64,000 bases of DNA from Macrostomum lignano (Eukaryota), in the NCBI GenBank assembly GCA_002269645.1, contig NIVC01000175.1, positions 682,001-746,000 on the forward strand, in the 5' to 3' direction. Below are positions 37,665 to 50,529 of this stretch, one piece after another. A program made the position numbers and the translations under genes. Numbering within the stretch: the stretch's first letter is position 1; each line of letters opens with the position of its first letter. The notes beneath the pieces were generated by a model. That model saw only the letters and a program-made list of their open reading frames with translations, did not search any database and had not been told where the DNA came from.

Positions 37665-38550
37665 GTTTTGGCGCCACTGTACATGAAGACTTTATTTTGG
37701 CGCCACTGTACATTAAGACTGTTTTGGCGCCACTGTACATAAAAGTTTGGTTTTGGCGCCACTGTACATGAAGGCTTCATTTTGGCGCCACTGTACGTGA
37801 AGGGTTTATTTTTGCGCCACTGTACGTGAAGGCTTCATTTTGGCGCCAATGTACATTAAAGTTTGGTTTTGGCGCCATTGTACATGAAGACTTTGTTTTG
37901 GCGCCACTGTACGTGAAGACTTTGTTTTGGCGCCACTGTACGTAAAGACTTTATTTTGGCGCCACTGTACGTGAAGACTTTGTTTTGTGGCCACTGTACG
38001 TGAAGGCTTTATTTTGGCGCCAATGTACATAAAAGTTTGGTTTTGGCGCCATTGTACATGAAGACTTTATTTTGGCGCCACTGTACATGAAGACTTTGTT
38101 TTGGCGCCACTGTACGTGAAGACTTTGTTTTGGCGCCACTGTACGTGAAGACTTTATTTTGGCGCCACTGTACATGAAGACTTTATTTTGGCGCCACTGT
38201 ACATGAAGACTTTGTTTTGGCGCCACTGTACGTGAAGACTTTGTTTTGGCGCCACTGTACGTGAAGACTTTATTTTGGCGCCACTGTACGTGAAGACTTT
38301 GTTTTGGGGTCATTGTACGTGAAGGCTTCATTTTGGCGCCAATGTACATAAAAGTTTGGTTTTGGCGCCACTGTACATGAAGACTTTGTTTTGGCGCCAC
38401 TGTACGTGAAGACTTTGTTTTGGCGCCACTGTACGTGAAGACTTTGTTTTGGCGCCACTGTACGTGAAGACTTTATTTTGGCGCCACTGTACATGAAGAC
38501 TTTGTTTTGGCGCCACTGTACATGAAGTGAAGTTTTTGTTTTGGCGCCAT
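37665..38550. repeat. 29-bp minisatellite TTTTGGCGCCACTGTACGTGAAGACTTTG, ~30 copies
   Basis: Tandem unit. Confidence 0.96.
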
Positions 38551-38949
38551 TTGTCACAACACAAGAAAAAATATAAACAAACTTAAATTTTCAAAATGTA
38601 AATTGAAACTGAAATTAAACTTATTCGTATTGCCTGGTTGCAAAACACAAATAAAGATGATATATTTAGCCATACAAGGATATTCAATATGTAAGAGATT
38701 TTATATAATTTTTAGAAACAAACAATAAAATTTAGGATGCGCGCCTTAATTCTGGTCGAGGAACTTTAATATATCAGGATAAGAACAGAGAGAAATGGTA
38801 GCAGAATACCGGCATAAGGAAGACAATTTTTTAACACCTGTCTTCTTTTGTTCCAATGCGAAAAAATACTCTTTGGTTGGCTATAAATGAGTACATATCA
38901 GTTTCTTATATTGACTGACTGGTTCTGCACCTTCGGAAAGACTGTCTAA

Positions 38950-39730
38950 TCTACTCCTATCTACCGCTCTCTCTCTTTCATCTACTTCTACTATCTACTT
39001 CGCCTATCAACTTTCTTATGTCATCTTCCTGTCTCCAATATATCTGATACTCCTCTTATCTACCTCTCTCTCATCTACTTCTTCTATCTACCCCTCTATC
39101 TACCTCTCTTATCTGCCCCTATTTATCTACTCATCCTTCATCTCTCTTCTCTCTCCCTCTCCCCCCTCTATCTCTCTCTCCCTCCTACTTTTAATATCGA
39201 CTTCTACTTATCTACCACTATCATCTACCTCTCTTATCTACGACTATTATCTACCTCTCTCATCTACCACTATTATCTACCTCTCTTATCTACCACTATC
39301 ATCTACCTCTCTTATTTACCACTATCATCTACCTCTCTTATCTACCACTATCATCTACCTCTCTTATCTACCACTATCATCTACCTCTCTTATCTACCAC
39401 TATCATCTACCTCTCTTATCTACCACTATCATCTACCTCTCTTATCTACCACTATCATCTACCTCTCTTATCTACCACTATCATCTACCTCTCTTATCTA
39501 CCACTATCATCTACCTCTCTTATCTACCACTATTATCTACCTCTCTTATCTACCACTATTATCTACCTCTCTTATCTACCACTATTATCTACCTCTCTTA
39601 TCTATCACTATTATCTACCTCTCTTATCTACCACTATCATCTACCTCTCTTATCTACCACTATCATCTACCTCTCTTATCTACCACTATTATCTACCTCT
39701 CTTATCTACCTCTCTTATCTACCTCTCCCT
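38950..39730. repeat. 26-bp minisatellite TATCTACCACTATCATCTACCTCTCT with degenerate flank
   Basis: Period 26 (39301, 39327...). Confidence 0.93.
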
Positions 39731-40669
39731 CTTCTAATCGCGCTAAAACGAAGCAAATAAAAAGCAAAACGCTAAACAACCCAAACTACTACAGGTATTA
39801 TTGATAGCCAACAATGATTACATTATTATTATTATTAAAGAAAGAATAAAAGTAGTAAAAATCGCAGGATTTACACGGGAAACAAAAACACAACAGAAAC
39901 GCAGTGACAGATAAATAGATAGATAGATATAAAGAATTTAAATCAGAAAGAGACAACACTGCAAACAGCTTGACTAGCATATGACACAAATATTTTGCTT
40001 CTTTGTTTAATTGCAACAACGGCTATGCAAAGGAACACTAAAAGTGAACAAATAGTAGCAATATTAATTTATTTATATACATGAGGATTATGAAAGCAAA
40101 TATATAGGTTTAGACTAGTAAACTTCTTGCATTACTGCTAGCCCGCGAAATTCAATGCGATAAAACACTGTATTAAATAACGAAACTGACAATTTTATAA
40201 ATTGTATAAGGCAACTTTGGAAGGCAGAGACAGACAAACTAACAGCTTATATAGTGGTGTTAACAATAACCAGATATTTTGTATAGCGGAAGAGAACAGA
40301 AACGATTTCCACTACTGATTATAAGTAGTATTATTAGTAATAGCGTGAAGTTATTGCAACTATAGGTCACTAAATGTTAAAAGCTACATCAATCGTCACT
40401 TTCATTATACACTACTATACTATTAGTTAAATGTAGTAGTTACTATCGCGTTTAAATAAACAGCTTGGCGCACAAAATGATAAGTATTTATTTGATAAAT
40501 AATAAAATGACCGGCTGTTTTAAAACTGTTTTAAATATTCCGATAACCACGGCGCGGCAAAGTGAGATCAGAGGTGGATGAACTGGCAATGTGGAGAGAG
40601 ATCGAGAGAAGAAGATTGATTTTTAAAGTGGAGAGGTGGTTAGAAGCGAAAGGTGAGGAAAATATAGGG

Positions 40670-41365
40670 AGAGGAGGGAGAGAAGAGGAGAGAAGGAGAG
40701 AGAGGGGGGAGGGGGAGAGGGAGAGAGGGAGAGAGGGAGAGGGAGAGGGAGAGGGAGAGAGAGGGAGGGGAAGAGAGGGAGAGGGAGAGAGAGGGAGAAG
40801 GAGAGGGAGAGAGGGAGAGGGAGAGGGAGAGGGAGAGAGAGGGAGGGGAAGAGAGGGAGAGGGAGAGAGAGGGAGAGGGAGAGGGAGAGAGGGAGAGGGA
40901 GAGAGGGAGAGGGAGAGAGAGGGGAGAGAGGGAGAGGGAGAGGGAGAGGGAGAGGGAGAGAGAGGGAGGGGAGAGAGGGAGAGGGAGAGGGAGAGAGAGA
41001 GAGGGAGAGGGAGAGGGAGAGAGAGGGAGGGGGAGAGAGGGAGAGGAGAGAGAGGGAGAGGGAGAGAGGGAGAGAGGGAGAGAGAGGGAGAGAGGGAGAG
41101 GGAGAGAGAGGGAGGGGGAGAGAGGGAGAGGGAGAGAGAGGGAGAGGGAGAGAGGGAGAGAGAGGGAGAGGGAGAGAGGGAGAGAGGGAGAGGGAGAGAG
41201 AGGGAGGGGGAGAGAGGGAGAGGGAGAGAGAGGGAGGGGAGAGAGGGAGAGGGAGAGAGAGGGAGAGGGAGAGAGGGAGAGGGAGAGGGGGAGAGGGAGG
41301 GGGAGGGAGGGAGAGAGGGGAATGGAAGAGGGGCGGGTAGAGAGAGATGGGTGGGAGAGGGAGAC
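40670..41365. repeat. (GAGAGG)n polypurine tract 3' of ONECUT
   Basis: Pure G/A microsatellite. Confidence 0.95.
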
Positions 41366-41626
41366 TATTTTTCAAATCAAGCTACTCAGTACTTGGCTGT
41401 AACAGACTAGAACTAGGACTTTAAGGGGAAGGAAGAGATGGGAGAGATAGAGGCAGAGGTAGTATACCTAAAAAAACAGCCTAACTTAGACCGCATAGAC
41501 AGACTAATTAATAACTAGGTGAGCCAGTAAGGCAAATATTAGCTAACAAAAGCATGCCTCATCATTGACTCCTATAGTTAAAAACTTCCAACCAAGAGAA
41601 ATCGGGTAGTCAGCCCGAAGCATCTT

Positions 41627-44600
41627 TCACAATCCGGTGCTGCACACTGAGAATGTCCCAGACGATATCGACGAAGAACTGGAGGCTTGCTGATACTGCT
41701 GATGCTGTTGTTGAGCGCTAAAGTTCAACAGTGGCGGCGGAGGCGGCAACGGCTGGACGAATAAACCGATTTTATCCAAAACTGGAGCTCCATCAGCGGC
41801 AGGATTAGCGTCAGTCTGTTCATCCTCCGACTCGTCAACAGCTGACAATGTCGGATCGAAATCGGCAAATTCGTCGGCAACAGTTTGACAACGACGCTGT
41901 CGTTGCTCGGTTGACGAGTCGCTGGAGTCTTCTTGCCATTTCTCTAACGACCTCCGACGCGCGTTCATGAAGTAATTGCAGACTGTGGAGAGTTCCAGAC
42001 CCAGCTGTTCAGCTATGATCGATTGCATCTCTTTACTAGGCCTGCTAGTTTCGTTGAATATCGCGTTGAGTGTCCGGCGCTGGATGTCCGTGAACACCAG
42101 CCGGGGCTTCTTGGCCGGGGTGCCGTTCGGTTCAGACGGCTTTCTAGTTGACGATTGTGGAGCTGGCGCTGAAGACTGCGACTGCGGCTGGAGCACGGAT
42201 CTGGTAGGTGGCAGCTTTGGCTGCTGCTGCTGCTGGGCCTGAGACAGAGGGCCGTTGCAGTCACCAGAGTCAGCAGTGTCGAAGCTGCGTTTCAAAGCTG
42301 CAATAATTAGTTAGACAATTGTACATATATTACACTATACAATTTTAACATCATATTAGATAAAACGCATGAGACAAGAGAAAGAATGAAGAAAGATTAG
42401 ACAGAAAGCTAAAGAGATTAGAGGGTTCTAGAGAGAGATTAGAGATAGCTAGAGAGAGACATTAGAGATAGCAAGAGAGAAACTAAAGATAGCGAGAGAG
42501 AGATTAGAGACAGTGAGAGGGAGAGATTAGAGAAAGCGAGAGAGTTTGGAGACAGTGGGAAAGAAGTTTGAGATAGCGGGAAAGAGATTAGAAATAGCGA
42601 TTCTTGGAATGGATCAGGGGCGATTCTTGGAATGGATCAGGGGCGATTCTGAGAATGGGTCAGGGGCGATTCTAAGAATGGGTCAGGGGCGATTCTAAGA
42701 ATGGGTCAGGGGCGATTCTAAGAATGGGTCAGGGGCGAATCTGAGAGTGAATCAGGGCGATTTTTGGAATGGGTCAGGGGCGATTCTAAGAATTGGATCA
42801 GGGGCGATTCTGAGAATGGGTCAGGGGCGATTCTGAGAATGGGTCAGGGGCGATTCTGAGAATGGGTCAGGGGCGATTCTAAGAATGGGTCAGGGGCGAT
42901 TCTAAGAATGGGTCAGGGGCGATTCTAAGAATGGGTCAGGGGCGATTCTGAGAATGGGTCAGGGGCGATTCTGAGAATAGGTCAGGGGCGATTCTGAGAA
43001 TGGGTCAGGGGCGATTCTGAGAATGGGTCAGGGGCGATTCTAAGAATGGGTCAGGGGCGATTCTAAGAATGGGTCAGGGGCGATTCTAAGAATGGGTCAG
43101 GGGCGAATCTGAGAGTGAATCAGGGCGATTTTTGGAATGGGTCAGGGGCGATTCTAAGAATTGGATCAGGGGCGATTCTAAGAATGGGTCAGGGGCGATT
43201 CTGAGAGTGAATAGTGGATCAGGGGGGCAATTCTTGCCTCTCTCAGGGCAAGAGACCACTTCAAAACTTACAGGCCGAGTGCAGCGAAGACATTCTATCC
43301 TCTACGGGAGTTTGCAGCCATTTCCACATGCGTCGGAAAGTTTCCCGACCAGATTTCAATTTGCTCCACGGCTTCGGATTGCGCAACAGGTCCGACAGGG
43401 TACCCTGGCTCCGGCAGAGCACCTGCTGAGCGAACACCGCCTGAGGAATGCCGCAATTTTTCAACTCGAAGATGACTCGCTGGGCCACCTCTTTCGTATT
43501 GATTTCGAATAATGGATCCGAAGCTGTCGGTAAATCTGCACTGCCGCTATCGGAATTGGCGTCCTTCTTGCTGTTGTAGTCTTGCAGTGCTGAGACCAGA
43601 ATTTCGGCCGCATTGTCTTGGACTGTCGCTGCAGCGGCTTTTGACGTTTGGCTTTTTGACTTTGCCGATGTCGGTTTGGGCTTTGCTGGACTGAGCGACA
43701 CTGCTGCTTGGACTGGGGGTGCCGACAAGCTGGCTACCGAGCCTGGCGTGCGAGATTTTTGGTAGGTTTATGGTAGACTATTTTATGTTTATGGTAGATT
43801 ATCTGTATGGTTATAGTAGATTCTCTGTATGTTTATGGACATGGTAGATTCTTTGTATGTGATAGATTATTGATATGTTGATGGTATATTCAGTGTTGGG
43901 CACCATTAATGAAAATCTTAACTTCTATTAATAGCAAAAGCATTAGCATTAAAACAAAAAGAATCTTAACTTATTAACCAAATTTTGTTAAGTTAACTGA
44001 TTATCATTAATAAGCATTAATCCATTAAAATTAACACAAAATATAGAAATCTTGCACTAATTTCCAAAGCAGACTTTATAATGCACTGTCTTTGCTTTTC
44101 CACCTTTTTAGTAAAACACAAAGGTCATCTAAGCAATTTATGAGCTAAAAAGTAATAAATAATATTTAAAAAAAACTTGAATATATAATACTACTAAAAG
44201 TAAGCATACAATAAAATAATAACTCAGCTATTTAAAACTTGAAAGCTAATTAGTTAATCATAAAATATGGATAGGAAGGTTGTTTTAGTAGCATTAACAG
44301 GCGCAGCAAAAAGTTACGAAAGATTAGGAAAGAAGTGAATCAAAGCAATCAATGCTCACACGCAATAATAAAGTCAAATTTTAATTTATTATTAAAGTTC
44401 TTTAGTAAGAAGTTGTTACATTTGCATGATCATTATTGTAAACAAAACCGCAGCAGTGGCTTGTATCAAAAATAATTTAAAAAGTATCAAAAATAATAAT
44501 TTGATTAATTAGGCATTCAGGTAAATTGAAATACATTTGTAATGTTGTAACTTCTCGTCAGACTTATATTTTTGTTCTTTCTTTGCATCTTTATTTGGTC

Positions 44601-46678
44601 ATTGACATTGCCATTAATGTTAATGATGATGTCATTAACTCACATAATTATTAATACAAATTTGTTATTCCATTAGTTCAAAAAAATCTTAATGGTAGTC
44701 CATTAATGTTAATGAAAAATCTTAATACTTATTAATGCTTATTAACAGATTAACACTTATTAATGGACTGGTGCTTAACACTAGGTATATTATTGAATAT
44801 ATAATAATAGTAGGTAAATTGTATGTTTTAAGTAACTCTTCTATATATTTTAAGGATTCATTTAGACTCATGTTTATAATATACTTTTTTAGATTTTTTG
44901 AAAAAGTTTATAATAGACTTTTTTAGATTTTTTGAAAAAATGCTTAAGGCTTAATGATGGAATTCTAGTTAATATAAGACAATTCTTGGGGGAAGTTCAA
45001 GGAAACCCTAGAAAAAGCATATTTGAGTTATAGATTGTGTTTGAAAATATGTTTTAAAATTTCTTTTAATCACAAGTTTATATAACTTGTTAAATTTTAT
45101 TTTATAATAGATAATTTTCTAAAATCTATATATTTTATAGATAGATAAATAGATACTACCTACTGATAAACCATTTTTAGTACAATAGATTACGATAAAT
45201 TGAAAAGTTGCTATTATTTAAATTTTAAATAATTAATGTTTAGTTAAGAAACATTTTAATCTAAGAGAAGTTGCTTGTGTTATCATAAAAGATAGTAATT
45301 TTTCAATATATAAGTATATAATAGGCCTATAACATAATAAACTATTAGCCAAATAAGTCTAGGCCTAATTAGATAAAATAAAGACTAAATTAAAAAAATT
45401 ACTAAGCATTAAAAAGATTGTTAGATAGATGGCTAATTAATAAAACAATTATTTATTTTTATAGATTCAGTATGTTTTAACTTAAAAAAATTCTTAGGGC
45501 CTAGTTTTAAATTTATAAATAAAATAAAAATGCTTACCAATAATAGGCATTTGAGGCTTTTGAGCCTGTTTACATGTAGTTGTTGTATCTTGGATTGTAG
45601 AATCTGGCTGAACTTCACTTGTTTGAAAAAACTCATTAGAATCTTCAAAATCTTGTTGGTTGTCTTGTGCTTGAAACATTGAAGCAACATTTGGCATAGA
45701 AATAAAGCCAGATACATCACCTTGCATTTGAGTAGGTTGAATTTGCATTGATTGACCATGACTAATTTGCAAAGCTTCACTTAGCAAAGGTTGTTGGTGA
45801 TGCTCATTAGAATCACAAGCATAAATGAGATTTTGTGTTTTATAGTCAAGTTGGTCTAGAGGATCAATTGGCAATGTTGATTCAATTCCTTGATGACTAA
45901 GGTTTAACTTCATACCATCATTAGATAAAAATGATGATTCTTTACTTTCAGCCATGGCTAGGTTGGATGGTTGATCAATTAGAAAATCAAGGCCAGGTGT
46001 AGAAGGCCGATTCAACTGAACTTCAAACTTATCAGCTGGCATTGATGACGACATTGATGATATAGCAAATGATGGCATAGTGCCACTTGTAACAGAACTA
46101 GTAGCATTTAGGACATGGTTTTGGCTATTGTCAATAAGCTGATAGGACACAGATCTTGTATCAGCTGGCACTGATGTCAATGGCAGACTTATAGAAGAGT
46201 CTGTAACACTAGCCGCTATTGCCATTGTTGGCATGTTGCCAGGTTGCACTTGAATTCTAGGATTAGAAATGCTGACAATAGGAACTTGATTGCAGTTTGG
46301 CAATAGAACTGGCTGTTGTTGAATTTCTGGTTGCTGTTGAGGCTGCAATGCTGGCGCTGCTATCAGAAGCTGTCCGCCAATAGGCAGATTTGGGTCCACA
46401 TTAATCAGAGCAAGAGTGACGGTCTGCTGTCCTTGTCCAGTCTGAGAGTGAGATGCTTCTACTTTTGCGTTTGGTAAACTGATAACTTGCATAAGTTGAT
46501 TCATCTGATCTGAATTAAGCCCACTAGACCGAATGAAAATATTCTGCGGCACTTGAAAACTCGATTGAGAAGTTGAGGCCATTATCAACGGCTGCGAACG
46601 TACTTGCTGGGAAATACCAGCACCATAGCTGTTGGAAGCAGCAATTGATCCGTAAGAAAACAGAGAATTTATTTCCAT
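41627..46678 (-). CDS. ONECUT: ONECUT-class CUT + homeodomain transcription factor, 3 coding exons, 760 aa
   Basis: complement(join(41627..42297,43272..43742,45538..46678)), both introns phase 1, GT-AG. Single CUT domain EINTKEVAQRV...CRSQGTLSDLLRNPKPWSKLKSGRETFRRMWKWLQ; homeodomain KKPRLVFTDIQRRTL...TVCNYFMNARRRS with M50. The Q/S-rich exon 1 is joined on splice phase only. Confidence 0.92.
42595..43225. repeat. 23-bp minisatellite GGGTCAGGGGCGATTCTAAGAAT, ~27 copies (ONECUT intron 2)
   Basis: Tandem unit. Confidence 0.95.
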
Positions 46679-47069
46679 GGCATTACATTGGCTTTGAATA
46701 CAAAATTAAACACAGAGGAGCGACTGCAAATTTATAAAAAAAAAATAAAGCAAGAAAGTCACGGTGCTGTGCTGTCCGAAAGCTTCTTCAGAATTAAATG
46801 GTTATTACGAATAACGATTCTAATTAGTAAACGCATTTCGCGGAAAAGACACTCATATAGTTTGAAGAAAGTAGCATTTCAAACAAAGTTAAACAGTACA
46901 CAAAAATTGAAATTCTATTGCAGTAAAACTTACTATGTAAGGTAATTTTAGTTCAAAAGCTTACATATATTTTTATAGATTTTATGTTAAAACGGTTCGG
47001 TTAATTTTTATTGCATTTCATCGTCACAATATACTAAATCTAATCAATGTTCTATTATCGATGCAAAAC

Positions 47070-47434
47070 CAGTGGCGGCGCAGGGGGGGGGCGGGGGGCA
47101 GCTGCCCCCGGGTGACCACAGGTCACTGCCTCAAGGGGGTGCAGACCACCCCACCATCCCCACGGCCCTCGAAAAGACCCTAGGGAGGGCAGATGGTCAC
47201 CCCTTGCTATGCAACTAGCACCAATGATTAAAAATGCATTTTTATAAGATTTTTCGTGTTGTACATTCCTTTTGTAGGAAGTGTGTCATAATTTGTTCGT
47301 AATTTTTTACTGTCTTAGAAAATGTGTCCTAATTCAAATGTTTTTATTTGTTTAATTACGATTGGTAGGGGAAGGGGCGAGTTGACCACCTAAGTACTGC
47401 CCCCCTTTCCCCCAGAGATACTGCGCCGCCACTG
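47070..47434. mobile_element. Non-autonomous hAT-type MITE, 365 bp
   Basis: Perfect 14-bp TIR CAGTGGCGGCGCAG (47070..47083) / CTGCGCCGCCACTG (47421..47434); perfect 8-bp TSD TGCAAAAC at 47062..47069 and 47435..47442. An 8-bp TSD with CAG termini is typical of hAT. No ORF. Confidence 0.9.
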
Positions 47435-47769
47435 TGCAAAACAGAAACTAATCACCTCAGAAAGTAGTCCTGCCAGGGACATGGCAATCAATGGCGATTT
47501 TTTATTTTACTGCTGTGGATTAAACCGCGATGTCTTGATGTAAAGAAAAGTTTTATGTTTAATTTAAACCCGTTTTCTAGTGTTTGCAATTTCTTAGCGA
47601 CTTGGTGAGTCTACGAACGACTCCAGCGATTTTTTTTGTCTTTTTTTAACCATCAATACATCTTTAGTAAATCTGCATGTTACACGTGGTCCAATTCCAT
47701 TGAATCTTCCAACTAAACCGATTATTTCTTAGCGGTAGTTATTTAAGCGCGTTTTTGACGGTTAATTCT

Positions 47770-48150
47770 CTGGTAAATAAACCAGATAACACCACAAGAT
47801 AACATTCGCTCAAACAAGATAACACTGCCCCATTCCGGTTATGCAAAATGTTATCTTGTATGAATCCTGTTTGCGTGGCGAAATCTTACATTTTCTTGTT
47901 TCAAACAAGATTCAAATAGGATTCACTGATCAGGTAACAGTCGGGTAATTCATGCAAATCCTGCAGGGAAACATCGTGTTATCCTGTTTGTTATCCTGTC
48001 TGACAAACAGGATTCGCTGACCATGGTAACAGCCGGGTAATTCATGTGAATCCTGCAGGGAAACATCGTGTTATCCTGTTTGTTATCTTGTTTGTTATCC
48101 TGTCTGACAAAAAAGATTCGCTGACCAGGTAACAGTCGGGTAATCCTTGC
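47770..48150. repeat. AGATAAC/GTTATC-rich block with a 91-104 bp tandem duplication; possible transposon subterminal region
   Basis: Units start at 47921, 48012 and 48116 (ATTCRCTGAYCAGGTAACAGTCGGGTAAT...). Confidence 0.5.
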
Positions 48151-50529
48151 GAATAAAAGCCGGAAGGCATTGACATCAAATTTCGCAGTAAAGAAGCGTA
48201 TAAAAAGTTGGTGCTTCAAGATTTTATGAGTAGCATCTATTTAACAGCAGGGTGTCATTTGTGAGCGCCTTATACAAACTAAACGGTAGCTCAACAGGAA
48301 CGGAAACTTCTGGAGAACAGCGTGCCACGTCTGAGTTTCGGGAGTCCAGTTATAAGTAGACCTACTTATACTGTGGATACCAATTGATACTACTGAATTG
48401 GTGATCTGCTGCGAGCTGGTGTACTCGCTGGCGAGATCGGACCTGCTGTACTCGGACGCGACTCTGACGGCAGTCGACGCGTGAGCCAGACGTTTGAAAA
48501 ATATAGGGTCGCGCACGCGGACGGCGATTAATGAGACCACTGACGGGGGCTTGCATTATATGCTAGCGCAATGGAACGACTCTGCATTATTAAAGTTAAA
48601 TTAAATGGCGATGGAAATAGGCAGCTTTTCCCAAATATACACAGTTATAAAGAAACAGTAATGTACATACACACTCAATCGTCTAGCTCTAACAGACAGC
48701 GACGGTTCGCCGACAATCATTGCCAGATTGTACGACTGTTCACTAGTAATGTCAGCTGCGTCGATAGAATTGTCATTCGTAGCATAGTCGTCATCCGGAA
48801 TCAACTGGCTTTCGTTGATCGGCTGCTCGTAGAGCGGAGACAAGGTGAATGGTGTATCATCTGATGCGCCGGCTCGCGCGGCGATGGCTTCGTCGTGCAG
48901 TTGCGTCCACGAAATGCCTACTGCGCTGGAAACTCTTACCTGATTGTCTTCGCAATCCTGTGTGCCAACGGTAATATACAACTGACTTGGCGTTGCAGAT
49001 GTCGCTAGTGCGATGGACGATCGTCCAACGGCGTCATTAACTGTGTCGTTCGAAGCAGTGACACCCTCTGGAAACAAGTGGCTGACAAGATTACCGACAC
49101 TCGTAGTCTGTAACGACTACTCCCTTGACTTGTTCGAGGATTTATTAGCCCTCGACAAGATTACCGACACTCGTAGTCTGTAACGACTACTCTCTTGACT
49201 TGGTCTGCTCACGGCTGGTGCAACTGCAAACGCCTTAGACAAACCAATGGAGCATGCACCGACAAAATTAGGATAAGCGTCTATCTTAATAGGAAAGCTG
49301 CTTTGCATACTGGGCCAGTTAGAGCTATTTGGAACCATGCCACAGTCTCCGTCTAGACACCCAGCTTTGCCAAACAACATGGTTGGCTGACTCATGCTTC
49401 TAAGCGTCAAATATGACGATAGAATCATTCAGCCCGTTGACACACTAAGCAGCTGTGACAGACTACATGCCAGTGGTAGTCAAACCTCTCGCACACAATC
49501 AGGGCGCAACAATTTTTCAATTGTCACCTGTACGGAGGATGGGCACAGCCTCACATTACGGACGCTACAGTGCCTACGAAAAGCAGATCAATTCACCTTG
49601 CAATTTCGAGGCTTTATTATCCTTCGGATTAAAGATTGACCCGCGTAGTCAAATAAAATTGACTACTCTTAGCAGCTGCCTTAAGCCACAACAGACGCGA
49701 GGATTGATTACCCCTCGTAGGTCAGCATTTTCAGTCAATTGCTTAATTCTGATTCAGCGGTTGAAGCGGGGTTCCATTATCCCTCGCTGGTGGCCATACA
49801 CCAACACTGCAGACGCTTTAGACAACCCAATGGAGCATGCTCTAGCAAGAGCTAGAATAACGTCTGTCTTAAAAAAGAAAAGGCTATCTTAGAACTGGGC
49901 CAGTAGGAGCTTTTGGAACCATGCCACAGCTCCATCTAGACACCCAGCTGCACCAGATAATAGGGTAATCTGATACACTAAGTAACCGCGACAGACCACA
50001 TCCCATTGGGAGTCAAACCTCTCCAGCACAATAAGAATGCAATAGTTTGTCGAAGAGCCAACAAAGCTATCACCTGCAGGGAGGGTGGGCACGGCCTCAC
50101 ATTACGAGCGCTAGCGTTTGCTGATATATGGCACTTTACCCCTCGCAGGTCAGCTTAGCAGCTGCCTTAAGCCACAACAGACGCGAAGAGCAGTCTTATC
50201 CGTAACTTCATCGAGATTCGGGTCAATGGGAGCTGATCCCTGTGGATTTTCCGGATCACTTGGTCTAGATCACTGAGGAATTCCGACTGAACTCCCAAAA
50301 TCTCATCCAGAACATTTTCATTTGGAAAACCTGAAATTTAGGTCTACAGCAGCTGTTCCAGGTTAAAAATTTTGGAAAATGCAGCCGGAACCGCTTTCCT
50401 TTTTCCCGAACTTTTGCAGGATCACATTTTCCGGAAAAGGGGGCTATTCCGGGCCAAAAATGCTGATCCGGGCCTTCACTTGGAAATCAAATAATAATTC
50501 GGGCCCGGATCACAAAATTCTGGGTGAAA

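Noticed and set aside
45900-46100. Possible ONECUT TP-box remnant (...SSMPADKF)
   Set aside because: Only DKF matches the known TLTPLQPLPPISTVSDKF box; not enough to call.
49084-49202. Two 49-bp hairpin direct repeats with a 21-bp spacer (mini-CRISPR look)
   Set aside because: Only two repeats, too long, no leader or cas genes; kept only as part of the unidentified element.
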